Shown: positions 7,985 through 16,689 of the stretch, one piece after another
How positions within the stretch are numbered: position 1 is the stretch's first letter
Layout: each line of letters opens with the position of its first letter
NCBI GenBank assembly: GCA_050945315.1
Contig: JBMNSS010000003.1
Span: 1-50,440 of the forward strand
Length of the DNA: 50,440 nucleotides
From: Limnochordia bacterium
Lineage (GTDB): Bacteria; Bacillota; Limnochordia; DTU080
Reading direction: 5' to 3'
Notes under the pieces: model-generated
What the model was told of the DNA's origin: nothing
What the model saw: the letters and a program-made list of their open reading frames with translations, nothing else
The model's database searches: none
Made by a program: the position numbers and the translations under genes

Positions 7985-10464
7985 ATGCACAACGCTTTAT
8001 CGAACACATAAAAAGCCACGCCAACTACGCGGGGCAGGTGGTGCACGTGGAGGCACTGCCTGCCCGTTCGGCGCGTTTTGCGGCCACTGCTGAAGTGCTC
8101 CCGGATGCCATCAGGGAAGCTCTCAAGTCCGATGGCATCGAACGGCTGTTCATCCATCAAGCTCAGGCGATTGACGCGGCGCGGGCGGGGAAGCATGTCA
8201 TAGTGGTCACAGGCACGGCCAGTGGCAAGACTCTGTGCTACAACATTCCGGTGCTGGAGACTCTGCTCCAAGACAGCCAGGCCAGGGCTTTGTACTTGTT
8301 CCCGACGAAGGCCTTGGCTCAGGATCAGCTGCGTAGCCTTCTGCGCTTCAAGGAATTGAATCCCTCCCTAAAGATTCAGGCGGGCACCTATGACGGTGAC
8401 ACTCCCGCAGTGACTAGGCGGCGCCTACGAGATGAAGGCAATTGCATCCTCACCAACCCTGACATGCTCCACTCCGGTATCTTGCCCAATCATGCCGGAT
8501 GGGCCGAGTTTTTCAGCTCGTTGAAGTGGGTTGTCATAGACGAGATTCACACCTATCGCGGGATCTTCGGTTCCAACGTAGCCAATGTGTTGCGGCGGCT
8601 TAAGCGTATTTGCAGTCACTATGGCTCACAACCTCAGTTCTTGTGTTCTTCGGCAACCATTGCCAATCCGGACCAGCTGGCCTCGCAGCTCACCGGCGAG
8701 TCGTTTACGGTGATTGATGAGGATGGATCACCTCGTGGGTCGAAGTATTTTGTGCTGTGGAATCCCCCTGTTTTGGGCGAGACTATGGAGCGTCGCAGCC
8801 CGCAGGCGGATGCGGTTTCTTTGATGGTTCAGTTGTTGAAAAGCCGTATTCCGACGATTGCTTTCTGTCGAACCAGGGCCGTCACGGAGTTGTTGTACCG
8901 ATATACCCGTGAACAGCTGCAGAAAGAGAGTCCCGGACTGGCGAGGGCGGTGCGCGCCTATCGGGGGGGGTATCTGCCCAGCGAAAGGCGAGAGATTGAA
9001 CGACGGCTTTTTGAGGGAGAGCTGTTGGGCGTGGTGGCCACCAATGCTTTGGAACTCGGTATTGACATAGGCGGGTTAGATGCCTGTCTCATCGCCGGTT
9101 TTCCGGGATCCGTGGCCAGCACCTGGCAGCAGGCGGGACGTGCCGGACGCGGAGAAGAGGAAGCATTGGTGATCCTGTTGGCTCAAAATGCGCCCCTTGA
9201 TCAGTATTTGATGCAGCATCCCCGCTATTTTTTCGGTCGGAGCTGTGAACATGCCATCGTCGATCCCGACAATCCTCACGTTGTGCTCAACCACTTGCGA
9301 ACAGCTGTCTTCGAGCTCCCGTTATCCGTGTTGGCAGAAGGTGACTTCGGTGAGTTTGCGCCGGCTCTGATAGACCTCTTGTCGGAGGACCGACAGATCG
9401 TTCGCCAGGGCAATGCGTGGTACTGGGTGGGTCGAGGCTATCCCGCAGATGATTTTTCACTGCGTAACGCCTGCGACAATACCTACACCATCGTGGACAC
9501 CACTCAAGGACGTAATCAGGTGATTGGGTCCACCGATGAGGTATCAGCCTTTACCCAATTGCACACGGAGGCCGTCTATCTGCATGACGGCGAGACCTAC
9601 TTGGTTTCGCAGCTGGATCTCGAAGAACGGGTGAGCTATGTACATCAGGCTGAGGTGGACTACTACACGCAGGCTATCACAGATCGCAGGGTGAGGGTGG
9701 AGTCGGAGCAGATGCAGGCCGATTGGCGCGGCAGCCGGATCAGTTTCGGTGACGTGGCAGTCACCTTTGTCACGTATATGTTCAAGAAAGTCAAGCTGGG
9801 CGAGCGGGACAGTATAGGTTTTGGCAAGGTGGATTTGCCGCCTATCTCGCTTGATACCTGTGCGATGTGGCTGTCCCCCTCCATGGAATCGTTTCAGGCG
9901 GCGCGACGAGCAGGGGTCAGCGCCATGGAAGGATTTGTGGGTATTGCCAATGTCATCGGCGAGGTGCTTGCTCTTTATGCCATGTGTGATCCCAGTGATA
10001 TAGGTGCGGTGGTGGATTCCTCCAATACGGGTGTTCCCACGTTGTTTGTCTTTGATCGCTACAGGGGCGGGGCAGGCTTCGCTCTCAAAGCGTATGAGCT
10101 TGTGGAAGAGGTACTGGCGGCGTGCTGTGATTTGATTCTGGGCTGCAATTGTCTTGATGGCTGTCCCTCTTGCGTGGGCGCCCCCGTGCCGCCGGCCGTC
10201 ACCGGCGATGTAGACGCTGAGACAAAGGGCCGAGTGCCTGATAAAGAAGCTGCGCTGGTGCTGTTGCATGCCTTGCTTGAACGCGGGGAGTACCTGCCCC
10301 GAAAGCGCAGACCGTCCATGCATTCAGGGCCGAAAGGGCCCCCGGATCATGCCGACGAACCGTATATTGAACGCGATGCCGCCCCGCCGCTGCCGGAGAA
10401 TACGGAGCGTCGGCTGCGTCAGCAGATGGAGCGACTCAAAGCACGGAGAACTCAGGGATACTGA
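7981..10464 (+). CDS. DEAD/DEAH-box helicase with C-terminal DUF1998 (Hrq1/MrfA(YprA)/SftH family)
   Basis: TGTASGKT, LFPTKALAQDQ, TNPDMLH, DEIH, SATIANP, TNALELGIDIG, QQAGRAGR; C-terminal MCD...CNCLDGCPSC four-Cys zinc site. Confidence 0.92.
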   Translation: MNAQRFIEHIKSHANYAGQVVHVEALPARSARFAATAEVLPDAIREALKSDGIERLFIHQAQAIDAARAGKHVIVVTGTASGKTLCYNIPVLETLLQDSQARALYLFPTKALAQDQLRSLLRFKELNPSLKIQAGTYDGDTPAVTRRRLRDEGNCILTNPDMLHSGILPNHAGWAEFFSSLKWVVIDEIHTYRGIFGSNVANVLRRLKRICSHYGSQPQFLCSSATIANPDQLASQLTGESFTVIDEDGSPRGSKYFVLWNPPVLGETMERRSPQADAVSLMVQLLKSRIPTIAFCRTRAVTELLYRYTREQLQKESPGLARAVRAYRGGYLPSERREIERRLFEGELLGVVATNALELGIDIGGLDACLIAGFPGSVASTWQQAGRAGRGEEEALVILLAQNAPLDQYLMQHPRYFFGRSCEHAIVDPDNPHVVLNHLRTAVFELPLSVLAEGDFGEFAPALIDLLSEDRQIVRQGNAWYWVGRGYPADDFSLRNACDNTYTIVDTTQGRNQVIGSTDEVSAFTQLHTEAVYLHDGETYLVSQLDLEERVSYVHQAEVDYYTQAITDRRVRVESEQMQADWRGSRISFGDVAVTFVTYMFKKVKLGERDSIGFGKVDLPPISLDTCAMWLSPSMESFQAARRAGVSAMEGFVGIANVIGEVLALYAMCDPSDIGAVVDSSNTGVPTLFVFDRYRGGAGFALKAYELVEEVLAACCDLILGCNCLDGCPSCVGAPVPPAVTGDVDAETKGRVPDKEAALVLLHALLERGEYLPRKRRPSMHSGPKGPPDHADEPYIERDAAPPLPENTERRLRQQMERLKARRTQGY

Positions 10465-11237
10465 GCGAAAACCATGGCCGCCAGCCGTGTCCGAACATAT
10501 GCTAGCGGCTTGGTGCGACGTTCCAACTCCGACAGATGATGCTGATGCAGTGCATCGTTGCTGTCGTCGTCAGCGTCAGGGAAGAAGCGGTCCAAAATGC
10601 ATCGCTCTCGTGCCATGACCAGAAGCGACTCCCGGGCCCAACCGTCGTCTTGGGCCCGTAGAGACTGTGTCACATGTTCGCGGGCGATATGCCAAGCTTC
10701 CGTGACCTCGATCTTTTCCGGCTCGATGTTTTTGGGCAGAGCTTCGGTAATCTCATGGTCGCGGAGACGCTGGGATATCTCAGGGCGAATACAACCGTCG
10801 GTCAGATCGACGCAGGTTTCGATCAACTGCTCATGCTTCCATTGCCCTTCACAGGCGATGCGAAAGTGAAACAACATATTCGTGCGGTGCGGTGCAGGCG
10901 CGGGCTCCTTTTGGTTCTTCGGCACCAGTGTAAAGCGGGTCATGCGGCCCAGGCGATAAGCGCACGCCAGCATCTGCTCAAAGCGATGGCTGCCGGGACA
11001 GACCAATTCGGCGCGAGGGTCTGTTGCGGCGTCTTTTTGATCGAAGGCCAAATAGAGTACCGTCTGTTCATTGCGCTCGACTTCCCAAAAAGGGCGTGGT
11101 CCTACACGGCCTTCCAGTTCAGCCAGCTGATCAGGTGTCAGCTCAACACGCAGGAACCCGCCTTCCATCGAAAGCACGGCGCCGAGTGTCTCAAAAAAAC
11201 GTATGGCAAAACTGCGGAACTCACCGGTGGTTACCAT
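10452..11237 (-). CDS. yqhG: YqhG family protein (paralogue B)
   Basis: 261 aa; overlaps the stop of the yqhH-like gene; FAIRFFETLGA..LRVELT..LYLAFD..ELVCPGSHRFEQM..G.MTR and DDGWARES..M.RE..ILDRFF follow the Bacillus YqhG pattern. Confidence 0.72.
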   Translation of the reverse strand: MVTTGEFRSFAIRFFETLGAVLSMEGGFLRVELTPDQLAELEGRVGPRPFWEVERNEQTVLYLAFDQKDAATDPRAELVCPGSHRFEQMLACAYRLGRMTRFTLVPKNQKEPAPAPHRTNMLFHFRIACEGQWKHEQLIETCVDLTDGCIRPEISQRLRDHEITEALPKNIEPEKIEVTEAWHIAREHVTQSLRAQDDGWARESLLVMARERCILDRFFPDADDDSNDALHQHHLSELERRTKPLAYVRTRLAAMVFAQYP

Positions 11238-13114
11238 GCTAACCAGCGATCGACTCGTTCGCGTTTTTCTCGCACGTCTTCTGTCGCTTGGGTGAACTCA
11301 TCGACCAACTCGTCCAGACGTTCTTGCCATAGGACCGGGTTTTCGATGGCATCGGCGGCGATCTGATACAGCCGACGCTCTATTCCGCTCCCTTGGCCCA
11401 ACTGAGCCAAGATTATGTCCAGCTCGCCGATCACGAGGTTGAACATGTTGATCTTCTCGTACAACAGGAACAGGATGTACTCCTCGACTGTTCCGTTGAC
11501 GGCCAGGTTATGGATGTGCACGTCTCGAGTCTGACCGAGTCGATGGACACGACCGATACGTTGCTCCAGGCGCATCGGATTCCAGGGCAGATCATAGTTG
11601 ACGACGTGGCAGGCAAACTGGAAGTTGAGACCTTCACCGCCCGATTCGGTGCTGACCAGTACATGACCCGCCTTGCGGAACAGTTCACGCACCCACTCCT
11701 TGCGGCTGCCGGAAAGGCTACCGTCGAACCCCAGTGTAGGATAGCCGGCTCTTTCCAGCAGGGCCCGTAAGTACTGCTGAGTGGCCCGATACTCCGTAAA
11801 GACGATCACCTTGTCTTCGATCTCATTGACGATACGCAGGAGCTCGTTCGCTTTGCTGCAGGTATGACAGGCCTCAATCATACGGAGTAGATCCTTGTAG
11901 GTACGGACAAGGTCCGGTTGTTCACTCTTGGTCAATAACCTTCTGAGTGTGACGGCTGCTGCCACGGGTGATGAGCAGAACTCGCGCTGCAAAAGCAGCA
12001 AAGACAAAGTACCGCCACTCATGGCTCCCCAGCTGTGAGCGCTGGATTTCAGAGCCTGCGACAAAGCTGCGTAGGCCTCTTTTTCGGCGGCGGAAAAGTC
12101 AACGGCTATCGCTTGCACATGGCGCTTAGTGAACTCAACGGGTGTGTCTTGGCGTCGATTGCGTATCATCACCTGACTGAGCAGTCGCCGTAAGGCTTGA
12201 GGATTTCGCGGCATACGCTTATCGATCATGAACTGCTGCCGGAACTGACGATACGTGCCCAGTTGACCGGGTTTGAGTAAGGAGATCAGGGTGTAGAGTT
12301 CTCGCAAGTCATTTTGGACAGGGGTGGCGGTCAATAAGAGCAGATACTTATTGTGCAGGCTGCTCACCAGACGCCAGTTCATTGAGGCGGCGTTTCTAAG
12401 CTTGTGAGCCTCGTCTACAATCACCAGGTCATAGCGGATGTCTTGGATGATCTCGCTATGGGGCGGTCGCTTTGCTGTATCCAGACTGGCGATGAGTACC
12501 GGACAACGCTCCCAATCATACTCCGAACGTTGAATGGCGGACACGATGCCGAATTTTTCTTTGAGCTCGCTGTACCACTGCCATCGGAGGCCGGCCGGAG
12601 TCAGGATCAGGCAGCGGCGCACCATATGGCGCAACATATACTCCTTCAGGATCATGCAGGCTTCGATGGTCTTTCCCAGTCCCACCTCATCAGCCAGGAT
12701 AGCCCGACCGCCCATCTCCTTCAGTACTCTCTTGACCGTCTCCACTTGATGCGGATAAGTGAGTACTCCCACGCGCTGCCATCTTTCGCGCAGATTCGAT
12801 AGCACCAGCAATTCGTCATCCGGGGTCTGCAAAGAGAGTCGCTCGGCCATTACTGCCAAACGGTACCAGGAAAGGGGCGCCCAGGCCTTGTTGTGCATCT
12901 GCTCGAACAGGCTGTTGGCTGATGAGCGGGAGAATCTCACTCCGAAACTCTCCGTGACAGGCTCCTCTTCTGTGAACTCCTCTTCGGGCGCCGGTCGAAA
13001 GAGGCTGTCGTAAGAGAAGGTGAGCAGAGGGACCGTGATTGGAAACGGGCGCAGGGGAATGTCTCTCTTGGTTATGATCTGTGAATCGGAGATCAAAGCA
13101 GCATCGTTGGGCAT
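11231..13114 (-). CDS. yqhH: SNF2/RapA-like helicase YqhH (paralogue B, about 627 aa)
   Basis: Same motif set; QRSEYDWERCPVLIASLDTAKRPPH..I..IRYDLVIVDEAHKL closely resembles B. subtilis YqhH as I recall it. Start moved to ATG 13114 (SD GGGGTGAG) because the longer ORF runs antisense through a tRNA. Confidence 0.88.
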   Translation of the reverse strand: MPNDAALISDSQIITKRDIPLRPFPITVPLLTFSYDSLFRPAPEEEFTEEEPVTESFGVRFSRSSANSLFEQMHNKAWAPLSWYRLAVMAERLSLQTPDDELLVLSNLRERWQRVGVLTYPHQVETVKRVLKEMGGRAILADEVGLGKTIEACMILKEYMLRHMVRRCLILTPAGLRWQWYSELKEKFGIVSAIQRSEYDWERCPVLIASLDTAKRPPHSEIIQDIRYDLVIVDEAHKLRNAASMNWRLVSSLHNKYLLLLTATPVQNDLRELYTLISLLKPGQLGTYRQFRQQFMIDKRMPRNPQALRRLLSQVMIRNRRQDTPVEFTKRHVQAIAVDFSAAEKEAYAALSQALKSSAHSWGAMSGGTLSLLLLQREFCSSPVAAAVTLRRLLTKSEQPDLVRTYKDLLRMIEACHTCSKANELLRIVNEIEDKVIVFTEYRATQQYLRALLERAGYPTLGFDGSLSGSRKEWVRELFRKAGHVLVSTESGGEGLNFQFACHVVNYDLPWNPMRLEQRIGRVHRLGQTRDVHIHNLAVNGTVEEYILFLLYEKINMFNLVIGELDIILAQLGQGSGIERRLYQIAADAIENPVLWQERLDELVDEFTQATEDVREKRERVDRWLAW

Positions 13115-13150
13115 AGGCTCACCCCGGACCGGATAATGGCTCATCAGCTC

Positions 13151-13180
13151 CAGTATTGGCCAAGCGCCGTAGGAATTTAC
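13151..13180 (-). promoter_or_regulatory. Putative sigmaF/sigmaG promoter of yqhH-yqhG pair B
   Basis: Minus strand reads GTAAA-N15-GCCAATACTG. Confidence 0.5.
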
Positions 13181-13202
13181 GTGGCAAAACCTGATGATCA
13201 AC

Positions 13203-13231
13203 TTGGCACGGACGGTTGAGTGGTGTATAAT
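13203..13231 (+). promoter_or_regulatory. sigmaA promoter of tRNA-Ala
   Basis: TTGGCA-N17-TATAAT, ending 21 nt before the tRNA. Confidence 0.75.
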
Positions 13232-13252
13232 AAGCAAGGTCATATTGATCCG

Positions 13253-13328
13253 GGGCCTGTAGCTCAGTTGGGAGAGCGCTGCGTTCGCAACGCAGAGGTC
13301 GAGGGTTCGAATCCCTTCGGGTCCACCA
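13253..13328 (+). tRNA. tRNA-Ala (anticodon CGC)
   Basis: 76-nt cloverleaf: acceptor GGGCCTG/CGGGTCC with the G3:U70 Ala determinant, D-arm GCTC/GAGC, anticodon stem CTGCG/CGCAG with loop TTCGCAA, GTTCGAATC T-loop, encoded CCA. Confidence 0.97.
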
Positions 13329-13333
13329 GTCCG

Positions 13334-13370
13334 AAACGTCTTTTTCACGAACGTGGAGAAGACGTTTTTT
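13334..13370 (+). terminator. Rho-independent terminator after tRNA-Ala
   Basis: AAACGTCTTTTTCACG / CGTGGAGAAGACGTTT inverted repeat (with G:U pairs) ending in a T run. Confidence 0.8.
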
Positions 13371-13509
13371 CGCGTCAGCAGGCTCTTTGGCCTCAAAGGG
13401 CTCCGCTTTTCGTTGAGGAGCGTCTCGCCTTCTTCACAGTCTTGCCATGTTTTTTTCACAATCGGCTGCTATCATGGAGTAGCTATCTGGGAAAAGGAGG
13501 TTGTGACAC

Positions 13510-13989
13510 TTGAAGCGTCGGATCATGCTGGCTTTGGTTCTTCTCGCGACGATGGTGGTCTCGACGGGGACGTTAGCCGCACCTGTGGAAGAAGAACTCG
13601 AGGCACTGGCAACTCTGCAGGACAGGATGCAAGAATTGCGCAAAGAGATGATCGCCATTCAGCTGGAGGCGGGCGCCGTATCCCGGAGTCTGGCAAGACG
13701 TATGATCGCCCAGATGAGGACGTCCTCTCGCGACATGCTGACCCCTGAGCAACAAGAGGCACTGAAGGATCTTCAGGAGAGGTTTAGAGAGTTTCGCAGG
13801 GAGGAACTGCGGAGACTGGTCGAGGACGGTGTGTTCACAGAAGAGCAGGTGAAACGCGTGGTTACGATGAGGCGGGGAGCACGGGATCAGCGGCAGATGA
13901 TGGAGCTTCCTTTGCGCAGAAGATTAGCTCCGCGGCGTGCTTTACCAGGAGGCATGTTGAGACGTCTCCGCATCAAGAGTCACAATTAA
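13510..13989 (+). CDS. Secreted helical protein, YckD/DUF2680-like
   Basis: TTG start after SD AAGGAGG; signal peptide MKRRIMLALVLLATMVVSTGTLAA; duplicated ELRKE.I...EAG / FRREEL..LVEDGVFTEEQ units. Confidence 0.6.
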   Translation: MKRRIMLALVLLATMVVSTGTLAAPVEEELEALATLQDRMQELRKEMIAIQLEAGAVSRSLARRMIAQMRTSSRDMLTPEQQEALKDLQERFREFRREELRRLVEDGVFTEEQVKRVVTMRRGARDQRQMMELPLRRRLAPRRALPGGMLRRLRIKSHN

Positions 13990-14009
13990 CGTGCCGTGCT
14001 CCGGCATTG

Positions 14010-14040
14010 AGGGCTGTCTCCGAGACGGGACGGCCCTTTA
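14010..14040 (+). terminator. Hairpin, possible terminator
   Basis: AGGGCTGTCTC / GGGACGGCCCT stem with G:U pairs and only a short T tail. Confidence 0.4.
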
Positions 14041-14090
14041 TCATGATACTCAGATGTCGGTTTTTCGCCGTGGCGCCGCCTATCCCGTGA

Positions 14091-14120
14091 TTGACAGGCT
14101 CTGTTGAAGTCAGATAGACT
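14091..14120 (+). promoter_or_regulatory. Putative sigmaA promoter
   Basis: TTGACA-N18-TAGACT upstream of ybaK-like/rimO/pgsA. Confidence 0.55.
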
Positions 14121-14155
14121 GTGAGAGGTGAGAGCTTAGGCTCGGAGGTGTCATC

Positions 14156-14644
14156 GTGCCATTGGCTGAAGCCGCGCAACGTGTTAAAGAGTTGCTGCAA
14201 AGTCTCGGATCCGATGCCGAAGTGATGGAATTCCCGTCGGGGACCCGTACCGTCTCTGAAGCCGCGACTGCTATCGGAGTGGACGAAGGGCAGATCGCAA
14301 AGAGCTTGCTTTTTGTGTCTGGGGAGACTCCCGTTTTGGTAGTAGTCTCGGGGCGTCACAGAGTGAGCATGGAACGCCTGGAGAAGCTGACAGGCTCTTC
14401 CGTACGCAAGGCTAATGCAAAGGAAGTGCGCTCCATAACCGGTTTTGTTATCGGTGGGGTGGCGCCCATCGGTCATGCACAGCCCTTGCGTGTTATCCTT
14501 GACGAGTGTCTGTGGGACTATCCCACTGTGTATGCCTCTGCCGGTACGCCTCACACGGTTTTTGCCACCAGCGCAGATGAGTTGCTGCGTATCTGCCAGG
14601 GTGAGGCGGGTACCGTTGCTGAGACAATCAACGGCGAGATCTAA
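14156..14644 (+). CDS. YbaK/EbsC family aminoacyl-tRNA deacylase-like protein
   Basis: TRTVSEAA..IG...QIAKSLLF, TGFVIGGVAPIGH, SAGTPHTVF. Confidence 0.9.
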   Translation: MPLAEAAQRVKELLQSLGSDAEVMEFPSGTRTVSEAATAIGVDEGQIAKSLLFVSGETPVLVVVSGRHRVSMERLEKLTGSSVRKANAKEVRSITGFVIGGVAPIGHAQPLRVILDECLWDYPTVYASAGTPHTVFATSADELLRICQGEAGTVAETINGEI

Positions 14645-14751
14645 GACAGGCAGTCTGGTTTGGGTCGTTAAGATTCGGTAGGGGCGAGTTGTACTCGCCT
14701 CTGTTTTGTAGACGTGTCCCGAAGGGACGAACTTCTCAAGGAGAGTCCGAT

Positions 14752-16077
14752 GTGCGAGAGACGATTATTGTAGGCATGATCTCATTGGGTTGCGCCAAGA
14801 ATCTCATAGATACGGAGGTCATGCTCGGACTGACGCGCGACCGGGGGTATACTCTGACCAACGATCCGGCGGAAGCCGATGTGATTGTGGTCAATACTTG
14901 TACTTTTATTGAGGCCGCCACCAGTGAGGCCATCGATTGCATTCTGGAGATGGCGCGATATAAGACACGGGGGCGCTGTAGGGCTCTCATCGTGGCCGGG
15001 TGCATGGGAACGCGGTATGCACGGCAATTGCTCGATGAGCTTCCCGAAGTGGATGGGATCATCGGCAGCGGTGAAGTTGCGGACATCACGGAAGTGATAG
15101 AACGGGTCCTGTCGGGCGAGCGCTTTGCTGCCGCGGACAAGCCGACGTTTATCTACGATCACACATTCCCGCGTGTGTTGACCACGCCGGCTCACACCGC
15201 GTTCGTCAAGATCGCTGAAGGGTGTAATCATCGGTGTAGCTACTGCATCATTCCGGATGTTCGGGGTGCCTACCGAAGCAGATCATTCTCATCGGTATTG
15301 CTGGAGACTGAGCGGCTTGTGGCAGGCGGGGCCAAAGAGATAATCCTGGTGGCGCAGGATACTACGCTCTACGGCCGGGATCGCTACGGGCGAATGCGTC
15401 TGGCCGAACTCTTGGACCGGCTTGCCGATATTGACGGCTTGTCATGGTTGCGGGTTTTATACAGCTATCCTGATCATTTGAGTGACGATGTGCTACGGAC
15501 CATGGCCAAGAGGGACAATATATGCAAGTACGTTGATGTTCCTTTGCAGCATGTGAGTCATGATGTGTTGCGTCGTATGCGTCGTAGAGGGGATTACGAA
15601 ACATTCAGCCACCTGGTCGACCGCGTACGCGAGTTGGTTCCCGGAGTTGTCCTGCGCACCTCGATGATAGTCGGCTTTCCCGGCGAGACACAACGGGACT
15701 TCGAGGAACTGTGCCAATTCATCCAGGAAAAGGGACTGGATCACGTCGGTGTCTTTTCTTATTCTCGGGAAGAAGGGACCTTTGCTGCAAGCCTTTCTGA
15801 CCAGGTAGCCGAAGAGACTAAGGAGGAGCGTCGCCGGACTGCCATGCAGATTCAACGGGCCATATCCGCGGCGAAGAACCAGGAACTGGTGGATCACGTG
15901 GTTGATCTCTTGGTTGATCGTCCGGGGATCGGTCGCACGGCAGGCCAAGTTCCCGAGGTCGACGGTGTCTCCTACATTACAGGAAAATCTCCCGATCCCG
16001 GCGATATGGTGCAGGCCCGGGTGATTGCAACCAGCGGTGACTACGATCTCACCGTGGAGGTCTTGCAGCGTGAATAG
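14752..16077 (+). CDS. rimO: Ribosomal protein S12 methylthiotransferase
   Basis: SLGCAKNLIDTE, VNTCTFI, radical-SAM CNHRCSYC, IVGFPGET, C-terminal TRAM; upstream of pgsA; GTG at 14752 after AAGGAG. Confidence 0.95.
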   Translation: MRETIIVGMISLGCAKNLIDTEVMLGLTRDRGYTLTNDPAEADVIVVNTCTFIEAATSEAIDCILEMARYKTRGRCRALIVAGCMGTRYARQLLDELPEVDGIIGSGEVADITEVIERVLSGERFAAADKPTFIYDHTFPRVLTTPAHTAFVKIAEGCNHRCSYCIIPDVRGAYRSRSFSSVLLETERLVAGGAKEIILVAQDTTLYGRDRYGRMRLAELLDRLADIDGLSWLRVLYSYPDHLSDDVLRTMAKRDNICKYVDVPLQHVSHDVLRRMRRRGDYETFSHLVDRVRELVPGVVLRTSMIVGFPGETQRDFEELCQFIQEKGLDHVGVFSYSREEGTFAASLSDQVAEETKEERRRTAMQIQRAISAAKNQELVDHVVDLLVDRPGIGRTAGQVPEVDGVSYITGKSPDPGDMVQARVIATSGDYDLTVEVLQRE

Positions 16078-16104
16078 GATAACCAGACGAGGAGAAGCAA
16101 CAGC

Positions 16105-16614
16105 GTGACGCTAGCCTCGGTGCTCACACTCATCCGCATATTTCTCGTACCCGTCTTTTTGACCCTCCTGCTGGAGAATGTGCCTTACGGTGCATACTGG
16201 GCTACCGTCGTCTTCATCATAGCCGCGATTACTGATGGTTTGGATGGCTATGCGGCTCGCGTCCGACAAGAGGTGTCCAAGTTCGGTCAGCTCATGGATC
16301 CGGTGGCTGACAAGCTTCTTGTGTCCTCGGCCATCATCGCTATGGTGGAGCTAGGCCAGGTTTCCGCTTGGGTGGCGGTACTCATCTTGGGGCGCGAATT
16401 CGCCGTTTCCGGTTTGCGGTTGGTGGTGGCAGTGGAGGGTGTCGTGATCCCTGCCAGCCGCTGGGGCAAACTGAAGACCGTGAGCCAAGTAGTGGCCATA
16501 GCCGCGATGTTGATACAGCTTCCGGGGGCGGAATACCTTCTTTGGATTGCGGTCTTGCTCACCGTCGCATCGGGGATCGACTACTTTCTCAAAGCCCAGC
16601 CGTATCTGCATTGA
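16105..16614 (+). CDS. pgsA: CDP-diacylglycerol--glycerol-3-phosphate 3-phosphatidyltransferase
   Basis: TDGLDGYAAR...FGQLMDPVADK CDP-alcohol phosphotransferase motif; GKLKT. Confidence 0.95.
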   Translation: MTLASVLTLIRIFLVPVFLTLLLENVPYGAYWATVVFIIAAITDGLDGYAARVRQEVSKFGQLMDPVADKLLVSSAIIAMVELGQVSAWVAVLILGREFAVSGLRLVVAVEGVVIPASRWGKLKTVSQVVAIAAMLIQLPGAEYLLWIAVLLTVASGIDYFLKAQPYLH

Positions 16615-16653
16615 GTACGGGAGCGGTGTTCCGGCATTGATGCGGGGACCGTC

Positions 16654-16684
16654 CCAGCTGGCGCCCGGCCGGAGCGCCAGCCGG
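16654..16684. terminator. GC-rich hairpin between convergent genes
   Basis: CCAGCTGGCGC / GCGCCAGCCGG (10 of 11 pairs); no clear T tract. Confidence 0.35.
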
Positions 16685-16689
16685 TCTGC

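Noticed and set aside
9526-9534. GGGTCCACC as an att-site duplicate of the tRNA 3' end
   Set aside because: Only 9 bp, inside a coding region, and no integrase is present.
4301-13114. Calling the SNF2 + DUF1998 helicase cluster DISARM or Druantia
   Set aside because: No methyltransferase or PLD nuclease gene; DUF1998 is fused in the MrfA/Hrq1 manner; the SNF2 proteins are short YqhH-type.
13203-13219. sigma54 -24/-12 promoter (TGGCACG...TTG)
   Set aside because: Spacing is off by one and TTGC is absent; the same bases fit a sigmaA -35.
13115-13459. N-terminal extension of the 742-aa ORF
   Set aside because: It is the antisense reading of tRNA-Ala and its terminator; an SD and ATG exist at 13114.
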